From contig JBBTXZ010000010.1 in assembly GCA_038062015.1 (NCBI GenBank), positions 1 through 52,759 of the forward strand: a DNA stretch of 52,759 nt, written 5' to 3'. The notes beneath the pieces are model-generated. The model saw only the letters and a program-made list of their open reading frames with translations. It had not been told where the DNA came from and searched no databases. Source of the DNA: Patescibacteria group bacterium (GTDB lineage: Bacteria; Patescibacteriota; Minisyncoccia; 2-02-FULL-40-12). A program made the position numbers and the translations under genes. Positions 1 to 9,518 of the stretch are shown one piece after another. Every line of letters starts with the position of its first letter. Within the stretch, counting starts at the first letter, position 1.

Positions 1-2
1 TA

Positions 3-1247
3 GATCAAAAGAAAATAGTGTCTTTGCGTTTTCCGACATTTTGGTTTGAACCAACTCCGCAGGGGCTCTTTATGTTGCAAGTGGCGTTCGGGCAATCCAA
101 GTATTACAGCGATAACCTTGCTGAAAATATCAAGCGTGGAATCCGCCAAAAATTGCGCCGAGGCGAATGGCTGAACCTCGCGCCGTTCGGGTATCAAAAT
201 AATCCGCTGAAACACAATATTGAACCGCACCCGACCGAAGCGCGGATTGTTCGCCTCGCTTACAAGGAATACGCGAAAGGTAGTTATGGTTACGAATCAC
301 TAGCGCAATTTTTGGCGGATTTAGGAGTGGTAAGCAAGAACGGAACGCCACTTGCCAAAATTTCCATCAAACGACTTTTAACGCACAGAGCATATCTCGG
401 CTTCGTCAAACACGGCGATGAATGGTTTGATGGAAATTTTGAGCCAATTTTAACTCCCGCATTGTTTGAAGCCGTGCAAAAAATACTTCGCGCCAAAGAA
501 CGACCGCGCAAGCGAAAAGCGAGACACGATTTTCCGTTCACGGGATTATTTCGGTGCGCGGAATGTAGCTCAATGATTTCCGCACAATGGGCAACTGGAA
601 AGTCGGGTCACCGCTATCGCTATTATCGTTGCTCTAAAAAGCGCGGTCGTTGTTCACAACCATATATTCAAGAAGTGGAATTGGCGCGACAAATAAAGGC
701 ACGGCTTCAAACAATCTCGCTTTGCGACCGATACACCAACTGGATGTTTGCGAAAGTCGAGGAATGGGAAAAAGAGGAAATGTCGGTGTCGCAAAGCGAG
801 GTTCAAAATCTTTCTTCAAATATCAAAGCGAACGAGGAGCGCATGGAAAAATTGGTGAGCGTATATCTTGATGGCGATATTCCAAAGCAAAATTATCTCA
901 CCAAAAAAGATACGCTCATGCGCTCTCTCGCCGCTTTGCAAGAGAAAAAGAAAGATTTTGAACGCGGGAGAAAAAATTGGGTCGAACCCCTGCGGGAATG
1001 GATTTTAGATACGAAACAAGCCGATTTTTTGAAGACATCGGATGATTTTCACCAAATCAAAACATTTGTTCAAAAAATCGGAACGAACCCTTTGGTTCGG
1101 GCAAAATCCGCCCTTTTTGAATTCCCCCCGCCGAGCCAATTCGCCGCTTCGCGGCGAGAGGAATTGTCGCGCGCCGTGCGCCCATCACGGCGCGCGTCCG
1201 CTCTTTCAAATCGCGAAGTATCAATCTGCGGAGACGGGAGGATTTGA
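3..1247 (+). CDS. Large serine recombinase, 5'-truncated by window edge (recombinase + Zn-ribbon + coiled-coil domains)
   Basis: Frame is open back to base 3; NIKRGIRQK..G..APFGY motif, FTGLFRCAECSS..YYRCS..C zinc ribbon; stop lies inside the antisense tRNA-Ser. Confidence 0.92.
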   Translation, partial: DQKKIVSLRFPTFWFEPTPQGLFMLQVAFGQSKYYSDNLAENIKRGIRQKLRRGEWLNLAPFGYQNNPLKHNIEPHPTEARIVRLAYKEYAKGSYGYESLAQFLADLGVVSKNGTPLAKISIKRLLTHRAYLGFVKHGDEWFDGNFEPILTPALFEAVQKILRAKERPRKRKARHDFPFTGLFRCAECSSMISAQWATGKSGHRYRYYRCSKKRGRCSQPYIQEVELARQIKARLQTISLCDRYTNWMFAKVEEWEKEEMSVSQSEVQNLSSNIKANEERMEKLVSVYLDGDIPKQNYLTKKDTLMRSLAALQEKKKDFERGRKNWVEPLREWILDTKQADFLKTSDDFHQIKTFVQKIGTNPLVRAKSALFEFPPPSQFAASRREELSRAVRPSRRASALSNREVSICGDGRI

Positions 1248-1311
1248 ACCTCCAAGCCCATAAGGGCGCCGCATTTCAAGTGCGGTGCATTAGCCGTTCT
1301 GCCACGTCTCC
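1229..1311 (-). tRNA. tRNA-Ser(TGA), integration site of the upstream LSR element
   Basis: Acceptor GGAGACG/CGTCTCC, anticodon arm CCGCA-CTTGAAA-TGCGG, long variable arm, GGTTCAAATCC T-arm; CCA not encoded. Confidence 0.95.
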
Positions 1312-1368
1312 AGTTTAACGACTCAACGAACGTTGAGCCGTTAAAATTCTATCAATTTTCTTATCCAT

Positions 1369-1397
1369 TTGCAATTTTAAATTTGATATGCTATAGT
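1369..1397 (+). promoter_or_regulatory. sigma70-type promoter for RRM gene
   Basis: TTGCAA-17 bp-TATAGT with extended TG; followed by a stem-loop leader 1400-1458. Confidence 0.6.
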
Positions 1398-1523
1398 TTT
1401 TTTACCTGTTAATTCTGCATCTCATTTTAATGGGTGCGTGCGTCGAGCAGGTTAAAAATACAGATCTTAATAATCAGGGAAAGTGAGTTTCAACCACGCA
1501 CCCAAAGTTATTAGGTAAGTTAA

Positions 1524-1862
1524 GTGGCTAAAAGATTATACGTAGGAGGTCTTCCTTATGAGACTACCGATGACGAGCTGAAGGAGCTTTTTTCTGAAGC
1601 CGGAGCGGTTGAGTCGGCGAAAGTGGTGACCGACCGATACTCCGGCCGAAGCCGTGGATTCGGATTCGTGGAAATGTCCAACGATGATGAGGCTATGAAA
1701 GCCATCGAATCAATGAACGGCAAGCAAGTCGGAGAAAGAGCTATCACCGTCAATGAGGCCAAGCCCATGGGTGAAAGAAGCGAAAGGGGCGGATTCGGCG
1801 GCGGTCAGAGACGGGGCGGATTCGGCGGCGGTCAGAGAGGCGGATTCGGAAGACAGTACTAA
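1524..1862 (+). CDS. RRM (RNP-1) RNA-binding protein with Gly/Arg-rich tail
   Basis: RNP2 LYVGGL, RNP1 RGFGFVEM, repeated GGFGGGQR tail. Confidence 0.95.
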   Translation: MAKRLYVGGLPYETTDDELKELFSEAGAVESAKVVTDRYSGRSRGFGFVEMSNDDEAMKAIESMNGKQVGERAITVNEAKPMGERSERGGFGGGQRRGGFGGGQRGGFGRQY

Positions 1863-1880
1863 TCACGCTTGGCGTGATAA

Positions 1881-1915
1881 AACTCAAAAACGGCCTCTCG
1901 GGCCGTTTTTGAGTT
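1881..1915. terminator. Bidirectional terminator-like hairpin
   Basis: Perfect 15-bp IR AACTCAAAAACGGCC/GGCCGTTTTTGAGTT after the RRM gene. Confidence 0.7.
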
Positions 1916-1998
1916 GGAGACGGTGTATTCTTGAAGTTGCTCGAACCGAATTTCCTCGCCGCGCTTCGCGCGGCTCGGATTAGGCGGGCGGGCAAAAT

Positions 1999-2195
1999 GC
2001 TTGTACTGAGCGAAGTCGAAGTGAATTAAAAAGCCGAGAGCATTAACAATTTTCCTTCAACAAGTTCAGGATGGTGAGCTTGTCGAATCCACAAGTTTTT
2101 AATTGAGTTAAGTATAACTCAATTCAGTGAATTTTTCAATTTGGAATTGATTGAAAAATTCACTGGCTTTGCTTGTCCTGAGTTTATCGAAGGGG
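1999..2195. repeat. Cluster of REP-like short palindromes
   Basis: Three related TGAG-n4/6-TCGAA units (1999-2023, 2073-2090, 2171-2195) interleaved with AT-rich hairpins. Confidence 0.6.
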
Positions 2196-2275
2196 CGGCA
2201 AATTCTCGCTCTTTGAATTATGAAAAAAGAAAAAGCCGGCGCCTCACGAGAGGCACCGGCCGGTGTTGAAAGAGC

Positions 2276-2857
2276 CTAGACAGCGATCAACTTCTTGTTT
2301 TGCCGTGCCCTGAACTGCTGGGTTGGCATGCACGATAGAAGCGGGAAGCGATCCCTCTGTGCGTCGAAGTCGTAGGTCACTGTGTAATCGACTTTCTTCG
2401 ACGCATCGTAGTAGCCGACGTGCTGACCTGCCTCGAGGACGACGAGTGCCTGCATTCGATAGAGCCCTCCGCCCGTTTGTAGCACCTCGAATCCTTGTAC
2501 TGGGATGCTATCGTACGAAGCGGGAATGTACCCTGCCGAAGTGTGGGTGCTTACGAACTCGAGAAACACGAGTGCCCTCGAATCTGTCGTGTCCGCCTTG
2601 AGTCCGTGCTTCGCTTTCGCGAAGACGAACTGGGAGCTCTCACCCACTTGCAGAAGTTTCGCACTTCTCATGAGATGGACTCTGCCAGCGACGAGAACGT
2701 GTGAAGCCGGAGATGACGGCGCGAGTGCAACAGTCTTCTCGTCTCCCCACGACTGCTCGTTCTTTCCCAGACGGAGAAGAAAGGTGCGAAGCGCCTCGTC
2801 TCGCGAGAGCGCAATGCCGAGATGGGTTGCCCCATCGACTACGGTGTAGCAGTTCAT
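2276..2857 (-). CDS. Hypothetical protein, GC-richer than flanks
   Basis: 193-aa ORF with ATG start, terminator-like hairpin GCCGGCGCCTC/GAGGCACCGGC (2235-2260) downstream. Confidence 0.7.
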   Translation of the reverse strand: MNCYTVVDGATHLGIALSRDEALRTFLLRLGKNEQSWGDEKTVALAPSSPASHVLVAGRVHLMRSAKLLQVGESSQFVFAKAKHGLKADTTDSRALVFLEFVSTHTSAGYIPASYDSIPVQGFEVLQTGGGLYRMQALVVLEAGQHVGYYDASKKVDYTVTYDFDAQRDRFPLLSCMPTQQFRARQNKKLIAV

Positions 2858-3257
2858 AAGAACTTCCAGTTGGATTGTTCGCCGATGCTGTAGTACATCG
2901 ACGGCTACTCATAGGTAGCGCGCTGGCAATAAATAAATTACAGCCAATGCGCTACCCATGAATTCATTACAAAGGTCTACGCCCAATGATAGTAAATTAA
3001 GCAATAAAGGTCAATAGTCGCGGATTGAAATTGAAGACGTAAGTCGGCAAGCTTGCCGACTATTGGAAAAAATCTTATGAAAAAATTTTGGATCATCTAT
3101 TTAATTTGGTTGATAGCGAGTAAAGAATAGTTGCTCTTTTAAAGGATAATCTGATAGTTTTCTGCCATGATTCGCGTGTATGAAAACATTACACGCGAAA
3201 TCTCTATCTTAGGCATACACAAATTACAACACCTAAAGGTGTTTTAATTTGCCATAA

Positions 3258-3343
3258 CGGAGAGGGTGGGAGTCGAACCCACCGGACTCCTTTCGGAGTC
3301 AGTGTTTAGCAAACACTTGCACGAGCCGCTATGCGTCCCCTCC
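3258..3343 (-). tRNA. tRNA-Ser(GCT)
   Basis: Acceptor GGAGGGG/CTCTCC, anticodon arm AGTGT-TTGCTAA-ACACT, variable arm GACTCC-GAAA-GGAGTC, GGTTCGACTCC; position 8 is A rather than U. Confidence 0.9.
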
Positions 3344-3368
3344 AAATTTTTTAAGTTTATCATTTTTC

Positions 3369-4121
3369 TTAACCGCGGGCAATCGCAAGGCCGATTATCT
3401 CTTTGGCGCCGGCTTCTTTTAAAACCTTGGCGCATTCTTTCATTGTTTCACCGGTAGTATAGACATCGTCAAAAAGAATGATTTTTCTACCAGCGGCCAG
3501 CCATGGTTTAGCGCAAAGGAAAACATCTTTTAAATTTTCAAGCCGTTTGTTTCCTTTGAGCTTGGCTTGGTCTTTTGTTATTTTATTTTTAGCAAGGCAG
3601 TCTTTAAATATTTCAAAATTTAGATATTTCGAGATTTGCTCGGCAATCAGTTCTGATTGGTTATACCCTCTTTGATTATATTTTCTTTTATGAAGCGGTA
3701 CTGGAATAATAATTGTATCTTTTAAGTCGATTTTGCCTTTAATTTTGTCGAGATAGGAAATCATTAGCCGACCAAGAGGTTGATCCAAATTTTTTATGAA
3801 GCGGTATTTAAAAGCCTTAATAACTTTCTGAATAGCCTGGTCTTTATATGAAAAAGGATAAAACAATTGGTCTAAGTAAAAATTGTTTTCGGCATTACTG
3901 ATAATCAGACGGCAGGAAAAACAGAGCTCCCCGTCAAAAGTTTTGGCTTCGCACAAGGGGCAATAAAAATCAAGCGACGGCGATAAAGCTTTCAAACAAT
4001 CGGTGCAGATTAACTTGTTTTTCTTTTTATCCCCCGTTTCCTTTCCGCAGACAGCGCATTTTATCGGGAACAGCAATTCCAGAAGATAATCTTTAGCCGA
4101 TGTTAATAACTTGAATGTCAT
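3369..4121 (-). CDS. comF: ComF family competence protein (double zinc ribbon + PRTase)
   Basis: FP..C..C, C..C, IPVPLH..K...RGYNQS, LFDDVYTTG motifs. Confidence 0.95.
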   Translation of the reverse strand: MTFKLLTSAKDYLLELLFPIKCAVCGKETGDKKKNKLICTDCLKALSPSLDFYCPLCEAKTFDGELCFSCRLIISNAENNFYLDQLFYPFSYKDQAIQKVIKAFKYRFIKNLDQPLGRLMISYLDKIKGKIDLKDTIIIPVPLHKRKYNQRGYNQSELIAEQISKYLNFEIFKDCLAKNKITKDQAKLKGNKRLENLKDVFLCAKPWLAAGRKIILFDDVYTTGETMKECAKVLKEAGAKEIIGLAIARG

Positions 4122-4156
4122 ATTATCTATTTTGGAGTATTATATAAGAAAAACCA

Positions 4157-5200
4157 ATGGCTTTATTCGGTTCTAAATCAGTTTTAGGGGTTGATTTAGG
4201 CACGGCTGGAATAAAAATCGCCGAGCTTTCCCGTTCCGGAGATCGTTTTGAATTGAAAAATTACGGCCTTCTCGATTTTTCGGTTAAAGAAAGCGCTGGC
4301 GCCCCGCTCAGCGGGGCTGGCGTCAAAATCAGCGATGATCTCTTAATCGGCGGGTTAAGAGACCTTTTAAACCGAATTAAGCCCTCGACTAAAGATGCGA
4401 TCGCCTCGATATCCTCTTTTTTGACTTTTGCCACAGTTATTGAGATGCCTTATTTGTCGGCCAAGGATCTTGAAAAGGCGATTCCTTTTGAAGCCAGGAA
4501 ATATATTCCGATTCCTCTTTCAGAAGTGGTTTTGGATTGGTCAATAATCAATGTCAAAGAATTTTCTCAACATCCCAATGTTGAGATTTTTCTGGCGGCT
4601 GTTCCCAAGAACGAGGCTGAAAGATACAAAAATATTTTTCTTTCGGCCGGATTAAACATCAAGGCTCTTGAACTTGAAAACATTGCTTTATCAAGAGTTT
4701 TGATCGGCGATGATAATTCTCCTTTGGCCGTTGTAAATTTCGGCGGAAGAAGCACTTCAATTATCATCATTGATAAGGGCTTTGAAAGAGTGTCCCGGAA
4801 TTACGAGCTCGGCGGGTTTGAAGTAACTAAGGCCCTGTCTGTTTCTTTGGGGATCAGTTTTGAAAGAGCGGAAGAGCTGAAGAAAAAAGAAGGATTAAAA
4901 GGAAGTTCTCCTTTCGCCGAAGCAGCGGCGCCCTTAATCGATATGATTATTTTTGAAGCGAAAAAAACAATAGCCAATTACGAGGAAAGCAAAAAGACCA
5001 AAATAGCCAAAATTATTTTGACCGGCGGCCAATCCCAAATGCCCGGCCTTAAAGAATACTTCGGCCAGAAGATTGGCAAAGAGATTCTAATCAGCGACCC
5101 CCTGAAAAAAGTTTCTTTCACCAGCGCCCTAGAGGATACTTTGAGAAGTATAGGGCCTTCTTTAGCCGTGGCCCTGGGTCTCGCGATGAGGAAGATTTAG
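4157..5200 (+). CDS. pilM: Type IV pilus assembly protein PilM
   Basis: LGVDLGT..IK, FEARKYIP.P, ILTGG, AVALGLAMR actin-like motifs. Confidence 0.95.
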   Translation: MALFGSKSVLGVDLGTAGIKIAELSRSGDRFELKNYGLLDFSVKESAGAPLSGAGVKISDDLLIGGLRDLLNRIKPSTKDAIASISSFLTFATVIEMPYLSAKDLEKAIPFEARKYIPIPLSEVVLDWSIINVKEFSQHPNVEIFLAAVPKNEAERYKNIFLSAGLNIKALELENIALSRVLIGDDNSPLAVVNFGGRSTSIIIIDKGFERVSRNYELGGFEVTKALSVSLGISFERAEELKKKEGLKGSSPFAEAAAPLIDMIIFEAKKTIANYEESKKTKIAKIILTGGQSQMPGLKEYFGQKIGKEILISDPLKKVSFTSALEDTLRSIGPSLAVALGLAMRKI

Positions 5201-5205
5201 CAGAA

Positions 5206-5318
5206 AGAACTTAGAACTTAGAACTTAGAATGGTTGTGGATAATTTTTAGTTAATTAATCAATAATTTATATTACAATAAATACAGTTCTTATTCTATAT
5301 TCTATTTACTAAATTCTA
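5206..5318. repeat. Heptamer tandem repeats (AGAACTT)x3 with degenerate inverted counterpart
   Basis: AGAACTT repeats 5206-5230 and TTCTA-based heptamers 5287-5318 in the pilM-pilN spacer. Confidence 0.6.
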
Positions 5319-5329
5319 TACTTTAAAAT

Positions 5330-5863
5330 ATGCCAGAATTAGAACTTCTTCCGGAAAAAACAAAAAGAATAGACAGCGGCGCCAAAATGACTTTTGGACC
5401 CGTGGTTTTGGTTTTGATTATTATTCTTGTTTTGTATGGCGGTTTGCTTTTTTACAATAAAATTTTGGAAAACAAAATTAAGGAATTAGATGTTGCTTTT
5501 GTTAATTTTTCCAGTGCCCGCAATAAAGCAGAAGAGGCCAGAGTCGATGAAGTTAAGTCAAAGTTAGACCAATCCCAAATTTTTCTGGAAGAACACACTC
5601 TTTGGTCAAAAGGATTTAAAAAAATCCAGCAATTGATTCTGCCAGCGGTTCAGTTTAAATCACTGGCTGCTTCTTTGCCGGAGCTGAAATTTGAATTCAA
5701 GGCGACTAGCCCTAATCTTACTTCGATTGCCAGGCAAAGCGCGAATTTTTTAGCCGACGAATCAGTTAGCAATGTTTCCATAAATCAAATCAAAGTTTTA
5801 ACCACCGGCCAGACCGAGTTTGTGGTTAAAATCACTTTTGACCGGAATAAATTCCTGAGATGA
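5330..5863 (+). CDS. PilN-like membrane protein
   Basis: Single N-terminal TM, coiled coil, position after pilM. Confidence 0.75.
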   Translation: MPELELLPEKTKRIDSGAKMTFGPVVLVLIIILVLYGGLLFYNKILENKIKELDVAFVNFSSARNKAEEARVDEVKSKLDQSQIFLEEHTLWSKGFKKIQQLILPAVQFKSLAASLPELKFEFKATSPNLTSIARQSANFLADESVSNVSINQIKVLTTGQTEFVVKITFDRNKFLR

Positions 5864-6381
5864 ACAACAAAATTCTTTCTTCAATCGTTGCCGCCGGTTC
5901 TATCCTGATTTTTTCCCTTTTAGTTTTGCCGGCTTTCGACCAGACCCGGATGCTTTTGAGTTCAATCAAAGAAAGAGAGGATATTTTTCGGGAAGCAGGG
6001 GAAATATCAAGTCAGGTGAAGAATTTGAACCGTGAAATAGAGGCCAGGAAAAACGACATAGACAAGCTTGACCGGCTTTTTCCGCGGGAAAAAGAATTGC
6101 CAGAATTTTTGTCTAATATTGAATCAATCGTTTCCGCTTCGGGCATGATTCTTTCGGAAATGAATCTTTCAGAAGTCCCTGGTCAGGGGAAAATCAGGAA
6201 AATCAATGGAACTCTGAAGCTTAACGGCAGCTACCCCTCTTTTGTCAATTTACTTGATCTTCTTGAGAAAAATTTAAGGCTGATTGAAGTCACAACCCTG
6301 GATGCGGCCGCTCAATTCACCGGAGGGGCTAAAACATTGAATTATGATTTAAGTTTTGAAATTAATTATTTAGCCCAATGA
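5860..6381 (+). CDS. pilO: PilO-like protein
   Basis: TM, coiled coil, GSY..F..LL..LE...RLI motif. Confidence 0.85.
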   Translation: MNNKILSSIVAAGSILIFSLLVLPAFDQTRMLLSSIKEREDIFREAGEISSQVKNLNREIEARKNDIDKLDRLFPREKELPEFLSNIESIVSASGMILSEMNLSEVPGQGKIRKINGTLKLNGSYPSFVNLLDLLEKNLRLIEVTTLDAAAQFTGGAKTLNYDLSFEINYLAQ

Positions 6382-6671
6382 TTAAATTACCAAATATTAA
6401 AACAGGCGGTTCTTCTTTGCCGATGATTTTAGTTTTGCTGGCCTTGATTACCAGCCTAATTTTCTATTTCCAAATAATCAGGCCCGGCCAAGCCAATAAA
6501 TATGAAATTTTGCCGGACGTCCAAAAAGAACTTTTAAAACTCCGAACTTTCAAGGACTTTCAGCTGGATTTTTCGATTTTTGACCGAGCGGATTTCAAAA
6601 GTTTGAGGACTTTCGGAGAAATTCCGGTAAAGACTTCGCCCGGCGGGAAGGCTGATCTCTTTAGCCAATGA
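6378..6671 (+). CDS. Small membrane protein of the pilus operon (PilP-like position)
   Basis: TM segment, C-terminal GK.DLF resembling the G(R/K)xxPF motif; ATGA coupling. Confidence 0.65.
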   Translation: MIKLPNIKTGGSSLPMILVLLALITSLIFYFQIIRPGQANKYEILPDVQKELLKLRTFKDFQLDFSIFDRADFKSLRTFGEIPVKTSPGGKADLFSQ

Positions 6672-8410
6672 TAAAAATCCCTCAAACTTTAATCGAAGAA
6701 TTGATTAGGAGAAAAATCTTGGACCAAAAGACGGCTGAGGCTTTTATCCAAAAAGTAAAATCGGAAGACAAGGATTTTACCCAGATCGCCGTTGAAGGAA
6801 AAATTATTTCCGACTCAGACCTGCTGTCTCTTAAATCGGAGTTTTACCGCCTTCCCTCTGTTTCTTTAAAAGATGCAGAGATAAAACCCGATGTTTTAAA
6901 AACTTTGCCTGAAAACATTGCCGAATTTTACAGGATTATCCCTTTTGACAAAGAAGAAAATACATTAAGAGTGGGGATGTTAAATCCGGAAGACACCGAC
7001 GCCTTGGAAGCGCTTAAATTTATCGGTCACGATTTGGGCTTGGCTATCGAAAAACATATAATCAGCTTCGGAGATTACTTTACGGTTTTGAAAAAATACC
7101 GGACGCTTTCAAGCGAAGTTAAGGAAGCTTTGGAAGAGTTGAGTGAAGAACTTAGGAAAGAGGAGATTAAAAAAGCTCCGTCGGAAAAATTAGCCCAGAT
7201 TTCGGAAGAGGCGCCGATTATCAAAGCCGTGGCCGTGATCATAAAGCACGCAATTGAATCCCGGGCATCGGACATCCATATCGAGCCGCAGGAAGATAAA
7301 ATCAGGGTTCGTTTTAGGATCGACGGCATTATGTATGTCTCCTTAACTCTTCCCAAGAGCATTCATTCAGCCATCATCACCAGGATAAAAATTCTTTCCG
7401 ATTTGAAGATAGACGAAACCAGGGTCCCTCAGGACGGCCGGTTCAGCACCATGGCCGGAGACCAAAAAATTGATTTTCGGGTGTCCATTTTACCGACCCG
7501 GTACGGCGAAAAGGCGGTTTTGAGGATTTTGGATCCTTCGCTTGGTTTAATCGATTTGCCCGACCTCGGTCTTGCTGGCCGGAATTTAAAGCTGGTAGAA
7601 AAATATATTCAAAAACCATTTGGGAGTATTTTAATCACTGGACCGACCGGGTCAGGCAAAACCACGACTCTTTATTCTGTTTTAAGGAAGATAAACGATG
7701 AAAGCGTAAATATAATTACCCTTGAGGATCCGATCGAAATTCTTTTGCCGGGGATCAACCAGTCGCAGGTTCAGGAAGAAATCGGTTACACCTTTGCTTC
7801 CGGCCTCCGTTCAATTTTAAGGCAGGATCCTGATATAATAATGGTGGGCGAGATAAGGGATTCTGACACGGCCAATTTAGCCACTCACGCTTCTTTAACA
7901 GGCCATTTGGTTTTTTCGACTCTTCATACCAACGATTCAATCGGAGTGATTCCCCGGTTGATTGATTTGGGGGTGGAAAAGTATTTAATCGCTCCGACTT
8001 TGAATCTGGCCATGGCCCAAAGATTGCTGCGCCGGCTTTGTCCGGTCTGCAAAGTCAAGTCAAAGCCCGATAGCGCCGAGGAAAAAATCATTAAAGAAGC
8101 AATAGACCAGATGCCGGAAGAGGTTAGCAAGAATTTGGCCAAGACCTTTTCGGTTCATAAGGCTAGTGATAATGGATGCCCGGAGTGTCAAGGCAAAGCC
8201 CATAAGGGCCGGGTGGCGATTTTCGAAATTCTTGAAATAACCGATGGCGTCGAAAAAATCATTTTATCCGGATTGTCCGAGTCGGCTTTAAAAGAGGAAG
8301 CGAAGAAGCAGGGGATGCTGACGATGTTCCAGGACGGGATACTGAAAGTGATTGAAGGGATGGTGTCGCTTGAAGAATTATTAGAAGTGGCCGAAGTGGG
8401 GAACGCATAA
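6668..8410 (+). CDS. pilB: Type IV pilus assembly ATPase PilB/GspE
   Basis: ASDIHIEP, GPTGSGKTTT, LRQDPDIIMVGEIRD, tetracysteine Zn motif. Confidence 0.97.
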   Translation: MIKIPQTLIEELIRRKILDQKTAEAFIQKVKSEDKDFTQIAVEGKIISDSDLLSLKSEFYRLPSVSLKDAEIKPDVLKTLPENIAEFYRIIPFDKEENTLRVGMLNPEDTDALEALKFIGHDLGLAIEKHIISFGDYFTVLKKYRTLSSEVKEALEELSEELRKEEIKKAPSEKLAQISEEAPIIKAVAVIIKHAIESRASDIHIEPQEDKIRVRFRIDGIMYVSLTLPKSIHSAIITRIKILSDLKIDETRVPQDGRFSTMAGDQKIDFRVSILPTRYGEKAVLRILDPSLGLIDLPDLGLAGRNLKLVEKYIQKPFGSILITGPTGSGKTTTLYSVLRKINDESVNIITLEDPIEILLPGINQSQVQEEIGYTFASGLRSILRQDPDIIMVGEIRDSDTANLATHASLTGHLVFSTLHTNDSIGVIPRLIDLGVEKYLIAPTLNLAMAQRLLRRLCPVCKVKSKPDSAEEKIIKEAIDQMPEEVSKNLAKTFSVHKASDNGCPECQGKAHKGRVAIFEILEITDGVEKIILSGLSESALKEEAKKQGMLTMFQDGILKVIEGMVSLEELLEVAEVGNA

Positions 8411-8443
8411 CTAGATATATCGATATATTGAAATATCCGAATT

Positions 8444-9514
8444 ATGCCTGACTACCGTGAATTACTAAACGAATTATTGATTTACACGGCTTCTCAAAAA
8501 GCCTCGGATTTACATTTATCGCCGGGAAATTATCCAACTTTAAGACTATTTGGCCGTTTAACGCCTTTAAAAAAATACAGCATTCTTGATCCGGAAACGC
8601 TTCAGGGCATAATCGATTCTTTACTCGAAGATAAAAAATCAAGATTCCTTGTTGAGAAAGAAATTGATTTTTCATATTCCTTAAATCAGGAAGCCCGCTT
8701 CAGGGTTAATATCTACCGGACTAAAAACATTCCGGCCGCGACTTTTCGCTTCATCCCTTCCCAGATTCCAGATATTGACCAGCTTAATCTCCCACCGATA
8801 GTTAAAATTTTCAGCCGGATCAGCCAGGGTTTTGTTTTGGTGGTCGGACCGAATGGTCATGGTAAGACCACCACGCTCGCTAGTCTGGTCAATTTAATCA
8901 ACCGTGAAAAGAGCTATAAGATCATAACCATTGAAGACCCGATTGAATATGTGTTTTCTTCCGACAAAAGCATTATTGACCAGCGCGAGCTTTTTTCAGA
9001 TACTCTTTCTTTCCATAAAGCCCTGCGTTCAACTTTCCGCCAGAACGCCGACGTGATTTTAGTCGGCGAGATGAGGGATTATGAAACGATGTCGGCGGCC
9101 GTGACCGCGGCCGAGACCGGTCATTTGGTTTTTGCCTCCCTTCATACCAATAACGCCAGCCAGACCGTGGAAAGAATCATTGATAGTTTTCCGGCAACCC
9201 AGCAATCTCAAATCAGGACCCAGCTGGCTAATACCATCTCTGGAGTTATCTCCCAGCGCTTGATCCCGGGAATTAAAGGGGGGTTAGTTCCGGCGGTCGA
9301 AGTGATGATCGCCAACTCCGCAGTCAGGAACCTGATTAGGGAAAATAAGTTTAATCAGTTGAATCTGGTCATTGATACAAGTTCTGACATCGGGATGGTT
9401 TCTTTGAATCAATCCTTGGCTGCTTTGGTCAAAAAAAATGAAATTTCGATGGAGCAGGCGGAATTTTATTCATTGAATCCGATGGAGCTTAAAGAATTAG
9501 TAACTGGCAACTGA
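8444..9514 (+). CDS. pilT: Retraction ATPase PilT
   Basis: ASDLHL, GPNGHGKTTT, TIEDPIEY, AAETGHLVF, AVRNLIRE. Confidence 0.96.
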   Translation: MPDYRELLNELLIYTASQKASDLHLSPGNYPTLRLFGRLTPLKKYSILDPETLQGIIDSLLEDKKSRFLVEKEIDFSYSLNQEARFRVNIYRTKNIPAATFRFIPSQIPDIDQLNLPPIVKIFSRISQGFVLVVGPNGHGKTTTLASLVNLINREKSYKIITIEDPIEYVFSSDKSIIDQRELFSDTLSFHKALRSTFRQNADVILVGEMRDYETMSAAVTAAETGHLVFASLHTNNASQTVERIIDSFPATQQSQIRTQLANTISGVISQRLIPGIKGGLVPAVEVMIANSAVRNLIRENKFNQLNLVIDTSSDIGMVSLNQSLAALVKKNEISMEQAEFYSLNPMELKELVTGN

Positions 9515-9518
9515 TTTT

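Noticed and set aside
1788-1850. Tandem GGCGGATTCGGCGGCGGTCAGAGA repeats as CRISPR or VNTR element
   Set aside because: They encode the Gly-rich tail of the RRM protein; no spacers
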